NCBI GenBank assembly: GCA_976551045.1
Contig: CDPCPM010000050.1
Span: 20,398,001 to 20,462,000 of the forward strand
DNA from: Glaucostegus cemiculus
Taxonomy: Eukaryota
Direction of reading: 5' to 3'
DNA: 64,000 bases
A model generated the notes under the pieces. That model ran no database searches. It worked only from the letters and a program-made list of their open reading frames with translations, and was not told the origin of the DNA. Each line of letters starts with the position of its first letter. The first letter of the stretch is position 1. Below, piece after piece: positions 11,360-22,630 of this stretch. A program made the position numbers and the translations under genes.

Positions 11360-13500
11360 GTGATGCTAATGCTACCAGTGTTTTTGGGTGCATTTTTTCC
11401 TTCCTGCTCCTGTTGATGCAAGGGTTGCATTTGGGGTTTGCAGGACTCCTGCTTCTGCTGGGTCAATGCTGTAGCTGCTGCTGTGATTGTTATCGTCATT
11501 GCTATTTTTATTTGCTGCTGCAGCTTGGCACCGAAGCTTCCATTTGGTGGTGTGGAGCCTCCTGGTGCTGACAGGGCTCTTGAGTTTTGCGCTTAGAGCA
11601 TGTACAGTTGTGCGTTAATGCTGCAGGTGGTATGACTGTGTGGAGATGTTGCTGCAGGGGTAGGGGGATTGTTACAACAGGTGAAGGTGCTGCTGTAAGG
11701 GGGGGCCTCTGCTGAGGTCGATGTCTTGCTGTAGCTGGTGGTATTCCTGTAACTGGTGGTGTTGCTGTAGGGGAGATATTGGTGTAGTTAGTGATGCTGT
11801 AGGCAGAAGTGTTGCTATAGGTGGTGGTGTAGCAGCAGGCGTTATTTTAGGTGGGAGCACTGCTACAAGTGGAGATGTTGCTGCCGGTTGAGGTGTTGCT
11901 GTAGTTGAGGTATTACAGTAACTGGTGATGTCACTGTGCAGACGAGGTTGCTGAAGGTGTAGGTGAGGTTGTTACGTTAGTTGAGGATGTTGCTATTGAT
12001 ATTGTGTGTGGTTGTACTTTGGGAGCTGCCATTTTAATGGTGTTGCTGTAGGAGGTGATGCTTCTCTGGAAAACAACGATATTGGGTTAGGACATGGTGG
12101 AAGTGCTATAGAATCTGATAGTGCTATAAGCTATGCTGTTGCTGAGGATGTCCTATTGTTGGAGCTGGTGCTACTGTAGGAGGCTGTACTTCTGCCACAG
12201 ATATTCAAGGCTCTGTTGTACGGAAACACCTATTTAGTGTCTGTTACTCTGCCTGCATTTGTTCTCACTGTTAGTGCTGGTGAGATGCTGGGGTTTGATA
12301 CCAGCGTTTCCATCAATGCCAGTGCAGTTGTACAACAGTTACAGGACAACAGAGTATACAACACAGGAGGAGGCTCGTTTTGTCTTATCCAAATAGTCTA
12401 ACTCCAATCTGCCCTTGAAATCCTTCATTATCAAATACTTCAATTTCATTTGAAAGTTACTATTAAAGATGCTTCCGTAACACTTTCAGGCGGTGCATTT
12501 TAATCACTACAAGGGAAAAAAACTTTAATTTTCACTGAGCTGCTAGTATCAATTGTCTTAAGCTTATATTCACCAGTTATTGACTCTGCTGCCAATGAAA
12601 ATGGTTTCCCAAAGCCTCCTTTATTGAACCTCATTAAAAGGTGAACATCACTATCAAACCTCCCAAGACCTTCTCTCCCTAAAGTAAACAGGTCCACCTG
12701 CGTCAGCCTCTCCTCATCACTGAAGTCCTCTCATTCCTGGTATCTTTCAGTCAACTTACACTGCACTGTCTTCCAGGCCTTTGTAAAATATGGTACCAGA
12801 ATTGGGCAAGATACTTTAACATGGAATTAATTCTCAGATCATCTGTAATCTTCTTGAATGGTATAAAAGGTCTGAGGGCTGAATGACTATAACCTTTTCC
12901 TATATTCCTGAGTTTGAGGTTTACAAAGTTTTACTATGGCTTTCTTGCTTTTGTAATCTGTGTCTCCATTTACAAAGTCCCAGTGTCCTGTTCATGTTTT
13001 AAATAGCTTATCAGTTTGCCCAGCTGCATTCAAAGACCTGTGTGAGTGAATGCTGTGGTCCTCTCTGATACTGCTGTGCACTTTTAGATGGCATTAATGT
13101 TGGTGTCACTGGCAGTGTAGGGACTGTTGTGCTTGTTAGCAATAATGCTGTACTGCTGTATGTGGTGGTGCTGTTGGTTGTGTCCTGCGTTAAGTGTTGG
13201 TAATGATGCTGTGAATGATGGTGTATCTGTACAGGCTAGTATTTCTGTAAGTGCTCATATGCTTGTAGATAATAACATTCCTGTAGGTAATGGTGTTCCC
13301 GTAAGCCACAATGTTCCTATAACTGATAGTGTTCCTGTAGGTAATGCTTAGGTGATGGTGTTACTATAGATGCTGGTGTTCCTGTAGGAGATGGTATTTC
13401 TGTAGATGTAGGTGTTCCTATATGATGACAGTGTTATCACTGGTGTCAGTGTTCCTGTCGAGGTTTGTGTTTCAGTAGTGTTGGTGGTGCTGTATATGTT
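11360..13500. repeat. Degenerate ~18-bp G/T-rich tandem array split by a CR1 fragment
   Basis: Units such as ggtgttcctgtaggagat, ggtatttctgtagatgta and agtgttcctgtaggtaat at 13270-13465, and ggtgttgctgtag-type units at 11620-12190. Confidence 0.6.
12345..13080 (-). mobile_element. Old CR1-type LINE fragment
   Basis: Minus ORF 12500..12697 (DLFTLGREGLGRFD...EYKLKT) resembles a decayed CR1 ORF2 C-terminus. Reversed tail acaacacaggaggaggc. Confidence 0.5.
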
Positions 13501-15798
13501 GGCACCTTGCTGATGACGTGAGGGGAATGGGGGCGGGGTGGAATTAACGGCAATCCCCCTCCCCCAAATGACATTATGATGTGGCCAATGGGGAGAGCTG
13601 TAGATGTGTCCCCAAAAGTGCTGCAGGCTTGTTATTGAAGGCTTCTCCCAATGAGTCCACAATCTGTGGAAGGGGCAACAGTGAAGTTCCATGAAGAGAA
13701 TGAGGCTGATGATGCACCCTGGACTGTAGGCCCTGTTGGGTTTCTATGGGTTTTCTGGAAAATATCAGTGTTCCACAGCAATTTCGTATCTTAATTACTA
13801 CATCTATTGACACCTTCTGATCCATTACCTTGTACAGTAAGGGGTAAGTCAACCCAGCTCTCAGGCTTCTTACCACAATCTCTTGTTACTTTTTTCTTTC
13901 CACACTGCCTTCTCCTTCTCCACACTTGGGGATGATTCGCAATTGATTTTTCTCAGTTTTGAATATTTTTGAGAATAAGTTCACAGAAAATAAATCATTA
14001 CCAATTGATCAGATCAGTTTTGTTTCCATGACTCCTTGCCCACTCAAATGTTTCTTGATTGACTGTACCATTGACAAGATTGTTAATAGGCAGAGAAAGA
14101 TTGTCAGATCAAGCAGGCACTGGTGTGAAATTCTGATAACAAAGTGTGCAAAATGAACTGAATTTTGGAGCTGGTTGATTGGTTAGGAGGCTTATGTTTG
14201 GATATCCTCTCTTGACATGTTTCTGTTCCCATTTGTTCCACCATCTCTTTATCAAGTGCCCTCAGCTCCCTCAGAGCAGACAGCCCACAGGAACAGCAAC
14301 AATGTCAGAACACAGAGTGAATGAAATTGTTTTTCAGGTGTGGTGTTACAGGATGTGGCTGGACCAGAGTGCTATGAACAGTACTTATAGAAGGAAACTG
14401 CAGCTCAAAGAGGTCACCGGAAATTACCATGTTCAAATCCAAATATCTAGCCAGCTTAAGGGTTCCTTTCTGCAGATTTCCAGATTCAACATTGTGATAA
14501 ATTTTGCAGGTGCTAAAACATCCTGCCAACTTTCAATATCAGGTCAGAAACCTAAGGCATGTGTTAGATTTGGAATAAAAAAAGTATATTCAAAATATCC
14601 AGGTGTATAATCTAACAGTTTATTTGGGAACTGGTATACCACCCTACATGCGCACTAGTTGTATTAGTATGTCTAAGACATTACATATTTAGAGTACATT
14701 GCAAGCCAGTCAACATCTGTGGAGACAGAAGAACAGAGTTAAGATTTCAGGCTGATAACACAGACATTGCCTTACTTGCTGAGTACTTCCAGCATTTTCT
14801 GTTTTAATTTTAGATTTTCAGAATCTGCAATTCTTTGTTTTGGAGTATTTAAAGCATTGCTGGGAATGTAACGTATTACAAACTGGAGAAGTGGTATATC
14901 TTGGGCATTCTGGAATCTCTGAAGGATTGATGTTTCTGGTGTATTCAAGATGTTCTGGATATGGAGCACCTATATGTGATACCTGTTGTGCCTCAGGCTC
15001 CAGTACATTGGGAGTATGATGCATCTGACGTATTCAAACTTTTTTTTCGAGAGTACCATTATATTTTTCCCATTGAGGTTGCCTTGTTGTGAAGTCCAAG
15101 TGAAAAGCAAGACCAAGTGTGCTTTTCACCTGAGGCAAATTGCTATGGTTTGTTTCATTTGGTGGCGAGGGATAAGGATGAAGGGGACAGGTGCCAAATT
15201 TCAGTATCTTCTTACAGAATCTGTGTCTTCCTTCTAGCTCCCAATAATAGTGTGGGTGTGCTTATGCTCACAGAATGGACATTCACTGAAAAGCCATAAT
15301 TTGGGGATGTATCATACATATAGCTTTTCCCCACAGCTAGGAGGGCAAGAATAAATGCTATTCCATTGAAGCCTATTGCCATAAATGCAGCAGCTTTACT
15401 TTTTGTTTCCCCAGTTTGTTCAATCTTTTTCCAATCTTTTAGTCCAGGCTCTCAACTTTGTAGAACTCCTCACTCATTCTTGCATGTGATAATCCATGAC
15501 CTTTAAAATCTTGACAGTGTCCATTTTGCTTCTTATTTTTTCTTTCCTTTGACTGTTGCCATGAGCTATGAATCTTGGCTCTTCACTGAAGCTGTAAAGT
15601 GTAAAATAATGTCTAGAAACCTTTATGGACTCACCCTGGATTTAACTGTGAGACCATCAACTGACAACTTGATTTCATCTTTCTTACATATAGAGTGCAA
15701 ATGTTCACTTACAGTAGGCAATTTCAGTCAACTATGGAAACATGGGCTTTGCACCAGCCCACATTATAATATTCCATGACTGTGTGGTGCAGGTTCGA

Positions 15799-15893
15799 AG
15801 ATCCATTCCATGTATTATTTTTCACACTTCACTTGAACACACTCAGAGATCCACTCCATGTATTATTTTTCACACTTGAACACACTCAGAGAT
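15799..15893. repeat. Tandem duplication of a ~45-bp unit
   Basis: agatcca(t/c)tccatgtattatttttcacactt(cactt)gaacacactcag occurs twice. Confidence 0.9.
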
Positions 15894-16389
15894 ACAGTGT
15901 GGGAGAACTTATTTATGTAACGGGTTATATGAGACTGTTTAATGTGATGGTATAGAGATGACTCGAGTCTCCATTTAACCCTTTTTATACCTGATTTGAA
16001 GGGTCAGTGTGGGCAAAGCTTAACTCGGGACTAGCATATACAGTAGGTGATTTGAAAGTTCTTCTGTATTAAGGTAGAGAAATCTTTCCTCTGCCTCTTA
16101 ATTTATCTGAGCATTGAATAATGGATCATGAGGCGTGTCCATAACATTGTGAGGATGCTTTTAATCATGTGCATGCTTACTTTGAGGTAGGTTATGGTGC
16201 TCACCATTTACTAAGTAGAGACCCTAAGATCAAACCTCTCACCGTTCAAGAAAAATCTATTGAATGCTCTTCTTTGGGGTAAGGTAAACACAGTCACAGG
16301 GCTGAAATGGCAGTAAGATGAACTGCCTGAAGACGAAGGACCAATGCAAGCTCAGTTCTCCCAGAAAGATCAACCAATTTTTAGTGAGC

Positions 16390-16735
16390 TGCCTGTGGTG
16401 ATCCAGAGTGTCTGGCTAAAAACCTGAGACCTGAGTTCAAATCCCACCATGACAGGCTGTGTAATTAAACTTAGTTAATAATTTGGAATAAGGAAACGTC
16501 AGCCACTAGCCTTAATAGTAACGATTGCAAAAACCACCAAATTGTCACAAAAGCTCATTTAGTTCACTAACGTCCTTCAGGGAGGAAATTTGCCATCTTT
16601 ACCTGGTCTGGCCTATATGTGACTCCAGACCCATCCCATGTGGTTACTCTTAAATGCCCTAATAAGCCATCTTGTTCAAGGGCAATTAGACTGGCCTTGC
16701 TAGTGATGCCCGGAACCTAAAATAATGAATAAAAC
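16390..16735 (+). mobile_element. tRNA-derived SINE sharing its 3' tail with the CR1-group LINE family at 4335 and 43605
   Basis: B-box gagttcaaatccc (about 16433), body gttcactaacgtccttcagggaggaaa...tggcctatatgtgactccagaccc, tail caagggcaattag...ctggccttgctagtgatgccc...aatgaataaa. Confidence 0.7.
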
Positions 16736-17333
16736 TATACATGAATTATAGATGAATCTGTAATTAGGTGAATTAGTTGGACATACTAATGGGATATGAA
16801 AATGTTGATATGTCATCTGGTTCTTTTCTCTGAGCTCCAGATAACTCTACAACCCGACAAGATAGCAGTGGTTGTGGAAAGACCACAGGAAGGTGACATT
16901 TGGCTGTTTAAATTTAATCCCAACACAATCATAATCTGATGATTCAAGCCACTGTTCATAAAAAATACACTGACTCATCCCATGTGTATGAATTAAAAAG
17001 TTGGAGACCAGTTGATAATGCGATAGAGGACTGGAAACTGAAAGTCTTGCCTTCACAACCAGCTCAGAACTTTGCCTGGCTCATTGGTGTTAACAGGAAA
17101 GGGTGACAGGTTTCCGACATGGAAGGAAAAAGGGCTGAAAATAGAAGCTTAGAAATGACTACTTTAGCAAATGCCAGTCCATTTAAAATTAATTGGCCAG
17201 CATCCATGTCGAATTAGCAGACTAATAAAGATCAAAAAGTCTGATTAATTGCTTAAACAGCTATGTCTTGGTTCAATGGAAAAGCCATGCTTTAATTAAC
17301 AAATCTGATGAATTTTCTTTTGTGTAACATTAG

Positions 17334-17552
17334 GTGCGGCCAGTGTAAAAATCACCATCCCTGTACAATCGCTGATGGTCGGTGTCTAGCCTGCGAGCCC
17401 GGATGGAATGGAACCAGATGTGATAAAATATGTTCGGCAGGTTTCTATGGAGAAGGATGCAGAGCACAATGCCCCCGTTGCAAGGACGGGCATGCTTGTA
17501 ACCACATCACGGGGAAATGCCTACATTGTAATCCTGGATGGATTGGAGCTCA
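17334..17552 (+). CDS. SCARF2: SCARF2 EGF exon (219 nt; phase 2/2)
   Basis: Acceptor aacattag at 17333, donor CA|gtaagc. Encodes CGQCKNHHPCTIADGRCLACEPGWNGTRC...CNPGWIGA. Confidence 0.95.
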
Positions 17553-18784
17553 GTAAGCATTGATTTGTTAAGCTGAGAGTTTAGGGTGAACATAGATGAA
17601 AATAGGTTCCACCATCTTTCACGGTTACCTATTTTTGCAGAAAGCATTGACTTGTGGAGTGTGCAGCAAGCAGCCACTCTTCTAGCAGTGAATAGCCTGA
17701 TGCTACTTAAAGATGGGCCATCATAATGAGCCTCATACTATACATCCTGAATCTATATGCACTTGGTAGATGGATAAAGATACTTAATGGGACTCCCAAG
17801 CCTCAAACCCCTCTGTAAGCCCAGTCTACTGACTCAAGTTTTAGCTTGCCGTCTACTGAACTCTATTAAGTTGCTCAGAGAATGGGGATAAAATCTGGAA
17901 ATGTATCACACTGCATACTATAGCCTGGCAATTGATATTGCTCAAGAGACTAGGGAGTTGGTAGGTTTTATGGGTTATCAGTTCAACATGTGTAGAAACT
18001 CCTGGCATAACGTCGAATAAGTGAAGACATGCTTGAAGCTTGGTGGTTTCATTTCAAAGCTTCGTTCGTACCATCATGCTGTACACTGCTGCATTGGCAG
18101 CTACTGGGCTCTATTGATTCCACATCCTCACAGTTTTTCAAACCAGCTTCCTTGTACCCTAAGACATCATTTTCAGGACTTCAACCTTGCTTTGTACATG
18201 GTTTCACTCATCCACTTCAATAACCTCCTCCAAAGTTACACTGTATCCTCTTCTCTCCTGACCTTAGCTACCATTAGCAAATCTTCACTGTGAAGCAGAG
18301 GAGCTTTGAGCAGTCACCCTCTGTGCCCTGAAATTCCTTTACAAAATCAGGTAATGTGGCTCATCTTGCAATGCTTCCTCAGAACCTGTTGCTTTGGCAA
18401 AGCTACCTCCTTTTACTTTCTCTGTATTCTTGCTTGGTGTTATTTCCATCTACCTCCAGCAGTGAAAAATGCCTTTGCACTTCTTTGTGATGATAGTACA
18501 TATCATTTCCTCAAAACTGCAGGCTGACTTTACTCCAGAGTTTTCATTACCTGGTGTGTTTTATAGTTCACACCTTCATAGGAGAGCAGATGTGTGCTGA
18601 TGTGACTCAGTGCAACAGGCACTATACACGTCAAAAAGTGATTGAAGGAGTTATTTGATATTTTTGGTGATTGCTTACCTCTAGAGGTTGCTTCTGCTGA
18701 TTGATAGATAGAGCATCACCAGAGAGAACTTTGAGTTCATTGTCATTTTTGCCTCAATGATGAGTCCTTTCTTTGTGCTAACAG

Positions 18785-18913
18785 GTGCGATTTAAAATGC
18801 CAGAATGGTACTTACGGGGAAAACTGCAATTCAGTCTGCACAGATTGCTTCAATGGGACCTGCCACTTTGCAACTGGAGAATGTATCTGCCACAACGGTT
18901 TCCATGGCCTCTC
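18785..18913 (+). CDS. SCARF2: SCARF2 EGF exon (129 nt; phase 2/2)
   Basis: Acceptor ctttgtgctaacag, donor TC|gtaagt. Hand translation CDLKCQNGTYGENCNSVCTDCFNGTCHFATGECICHNGFHGL (not in the ORF track). Confidence 0.94.
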
Positions 18914-19239
18914 GTAAGTACTGGAGAGCAGTGAGCAACAGGGCATAATGATGTCTCTGTGATGTGTCATTAGACAAAGTGTAAGCATGTGGTCCAGAAG
19001 TATTTATAAACATTCAAAGCATTGACATTCCTTTATGAGATAGCTACATGGAAATGCTCAATGCAGATTTAATGGAGGTGTTAAGTAAATCGACATTTGT
19101 ACATTGGTTCCCAGGATTTACATTTTGTATAATAGGCAGCATGATCAATGCTGCTGTTTTTTGAAAGAAACAGACTTAACATTTGTTCATCTACTTCTGG
19201 TGTTCTCCTTGGATCTAACTTTGTTTCTTTACTCATATT

Positions 19240-20795
19240 AAATAGGAATACAAAAATGTTCTCTGGGCATATAAGTAGGAGAAGAGTAATACATGGAGTG
19301 GGACCATAAAGGACAAAAATAGGAACTCATACATCAAAGATGAGGGCAGTACTAAGGTGCTAAATGAATACTTTGTATCCATCTTCACCAGGGATAAGGG
19401 TTTTCAAAGTAATAGTAAAGGGGACATATTTGAAACACAAGAAACATTAAAATCTGATAGCATGGAGGTATTAGAAATATTGGCTAAACTTAAAGTAGGG
19501 AAGTTATCAGGAGTAGATAGGATGGAACCAACAGTTTTGAAGGGAATATGGGAAAATTGCAGAGGCACTGACGCTCACCTTTCAGTGCTCTTTGGATGTG
19601 GGTGTGTTGCCAGAGGCCTGGACAGTCGCAAATGTTACTCAGTAAAGGGAGTGAGGATAAGTCAACCTCAGTGGAGGTTGTGAACATCTTAAGAAACATT
19701 GATCCAGGACAGAATTAATAGTCCCTTGGAGCAAAATGTATTCATTAAGACAAGCCAGCATGGATTTATTCAGGGAAAATCGTGTTTAACCAATTATACT
19801 GATGAGGTAACAGATCGAGCTGATGAGGGTAATGCAGTCGCCATGGTGTACATGGACTGTCAGATGGCTTTTGGAACATTACGTATTTATCATCATAGTT
19901 GAAGCACATGACATAAAAGGGACATTGACAGTGTGGATATTAAGTTGGCTGTTAAAAATAACATAGTTGTGATAGATGGTTGTTATTTTGTACTGAATGA
20001 GTGAGAAAAATGGTGTTCCTGGAGGCCGGCATTAGGACCATTGCTCTTTTTGATCTATAAAGTGGACAGTGATAGGTTGCAGCAAGATAATAAACAGGGT
20101 GGTGGAATGGTCTATGGCAGATGGAGTTTAGTGCAGAAAAATGTGAGGCAATGCATTTTGGAAGGAAGAATAAAGAAAGGCAATATAGAATAAATGATAA
20201 TTCTCTAACAGGAGTGTGGGAGCAGACGGACCTGGTGTGCACAAGTCAATAAAAATGGCAGGGAATATGGGGTGGTTAATAAGCCATACACAATTCTGGG
20301 TACTATATTAAAAAGCACTGATCCAGCACATCAAGAGTGTTGTGTTCATTTCTAGTTGCATGTTATAGGAATGGTATGAAAGCATTGTAGAGGGTCCAGA
20401 AAATAATTCTGAGAATGGTTACTGAAATGAGGGACTACAGTTACAAGGTTAGATCAGAAATATTGGGACTGTTTTCTTTGGAGAATGGAATGCTGAGGAG
20501 AGATTTGATAGAAGTATATAAATTGATGCTTTTCCCATTGGCAGAAGGATTAAGAACAGACAGTGTAAAAGAGAATTAAGAGTGATATGAGGAAAAGCTT
20601 TTATGCAGTATATGATGCAGGCAAGTTTCATTGTGGCATTCAAGAGGGTAAATATGGTAGAAAAGAAATGCAAGGCTGCAGAGACATGTTTAGGGGATGG
20701 TGGCGATGGAACTTGAAGCTTGCTCTAGTACAGAACTGGCACAGGCATGATGGGCCAAATGGCCTCTTCCTGTGCTGTACCCAGTCTATAGTTCT
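19240..20795 (+). mobile_element. Decayed CR1 LINE (RT region to 3' end)
   Basis: LNEYFVSIFT (ORF 19357) and SQHGFIQGKSCLTN...VYMD (ORF 19699); tail gggccaaatggcctcttcctgtgctgta. Confidence 0.85.
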
Positions 20796-20899
20796 ATGAT
20801 TTTGTATCTACATGCCAGTGGTTAGCAAAACCTGGATCAGCTTCCACACTTAGCTCTACCAACAGCTCTCTCCACCACCCTCTATGAATTGTCAGACTA

Positions 20900-21500
20900 T
20901 TAATTTGATGCTCATTACAGGATCTATGTCCTCTTCTCCTACTAAGCACTGGGAAAACTGAAGCCATTGTCTCAATCCCTACTGTAAACTTGCATCTTGA
21001 GCAACTGGCTTTATCCCTCTCCGTATCATAGCCTGATAGTGAACCAGACCGTTTGCAGCTCCTGAGAGGAGTCTTGCACCACATTTCCACACCGTCGACA
21101 GTTCTGTTGGCGGGTCATTGCTTCTCTCTCCGCAGCTGCTGCCCGATCTGGCGCTTGCTGTTTTTGTTATAGCTTTTTACTCCATAACAAGAACTGTCTG
21201 TTTCTGACTCTGTAACACATTTGGACTCCCCCCTGTTTTGCCTCACCTCATCTGCTGCAGAAACCTTTATTCCAAACCTTCACTATTGATTTTTCCAAAA
21301 CATTACTAGCTGGCAGCCTTCCTTCCACCCTCTGCAGACTTGAGGCCATCTGAACCTAGCCCTTTTTGCCTCACCTGCACTAAATCCTGTCTACCCAAGA
21401 AGCCTGTGCTTAATGAAGCCGGTTAAGCAAAAGCTTGATCTTAAAATTCTCCCCTTCCCTTTCAAATCCCTGCATGGCCTCTCCCCTCCTCTCGCTGTAA
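20900..21500 (+). mobile_element. Old L2-type LINE fragment
   Basis: gggaaaactgaagccattgtc (KTEAIV), ctgcagaaacctttattc, ttaaaattctc...ttcaaatccctgcatggcct, typical of decayed L2 ORF2 3' ends. Confidence 0.45.
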
Positions 21501-21984
21501 AATTAATTGAACTGTAAATTTTGAGACTGATGCTATTAGATCGCGACTCATACATCCCTTGTTGTGACATTGAACACTAAATTTGGTTGGTGAATAGATC
21601 ACAAATTTGCAGATATTTGAGAATACCAGACAAAACTTGTCCACACTGAATAACATTAGCCTCAGAGGGGCCCAGGTACACATGCTATAGATGATTGGGT
21701 TGGGAGTAAAGTATTTCCAGATGTTAGCCTGCCGGTTGCATAAATGAAAGATTTACTTCTGCTTTCATTGAGGACCAACAGTTAAAACAGCAGCAACAAC
21801 CTTCTGAATAATTTCAGATTTGACTCAAATTACATTTTCAAACCTTGCCTTTTCTTGGCATTGTGACTTTGCACCAGCTACTTCATAACTTTGTAAACAA
21901 TTTGGTGCTTTAATTTAACTTGTACAAGCTTTCCTGGCTGCTGAGGTCATTTACAAGTAGTGAGTTAATGAATGGCCCAGAATG

Positions 21985-22630
21985 GAACATCAAACAGTCC
22001 AGTACAGAACAGGCCCTTTGGCCCACAATGTTGTACTGACATAGCTAATCCTTCCTGCCTACAGAATGCCCAATCCCTCTAAGTCATGCGCCTATCCAAG
22101 TCCCTCTTAAAAGCCTAAAAGCCACCAATGAATTTGCCTCCACCACCCTATCAGGCAATGCATTCTAGGCATCCACCACTCTCTGAGTAAAAAACATACC
22201 CCTCACGTCTGTTCTGAGCTTACCCCCCTCACCTTAAATGCATGCTTTCTGGTATTGGATCACTCAATAATGGGAAAAAGTTATTGCTTGTTCACCCTAT
22301 CTCTGCCCCTCATAACCTTATACACTTCCAACAGGTCGCCCCTTAGCCTCCACCGCTCCAGAAGTGTAGAGGGTACAATAGAGAGGTGCAGCTCCAGCAA
22401 ACTGGTTCAAATCTGCATGGAGTGTGCACAAACTCCCTGTCACTGCATGGATTTCCCCTGGGTCCTCTGGTGTCCTCCCTCATCCCAGGTTGGTAGGTCA
22501 ATCAGTCAATTGCCCCAGGTGGGTAGATTAGTGGTAGAACCTTGGGGGAGATGATGGGAATGTGGGGAGAATAATATGATCAGCGTGGACTTGTTAGGCC
22601 CAAGAGCCTTTTTCTCTGCTATATGACTTC
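21985..22630. mobile_element. CR1 3' fragment (minus, 21985-22362) abutting a V-SINE (plus, about 22375-22630)
   Basis: cagaacaggccctttggcccacaatgttgt...accactctctgagtaaaaaac, then gcatggatttcccctgggtcctctggtgtcctccc. Confidence 0.75.

Noticed and set aside
14179-15240. 143-aa ORF and neighbouring ORFs in apparently unique intronic DNA
   Set aside because: No recognisable domain, no splice-compatible structure, and lengths within chance expectation.
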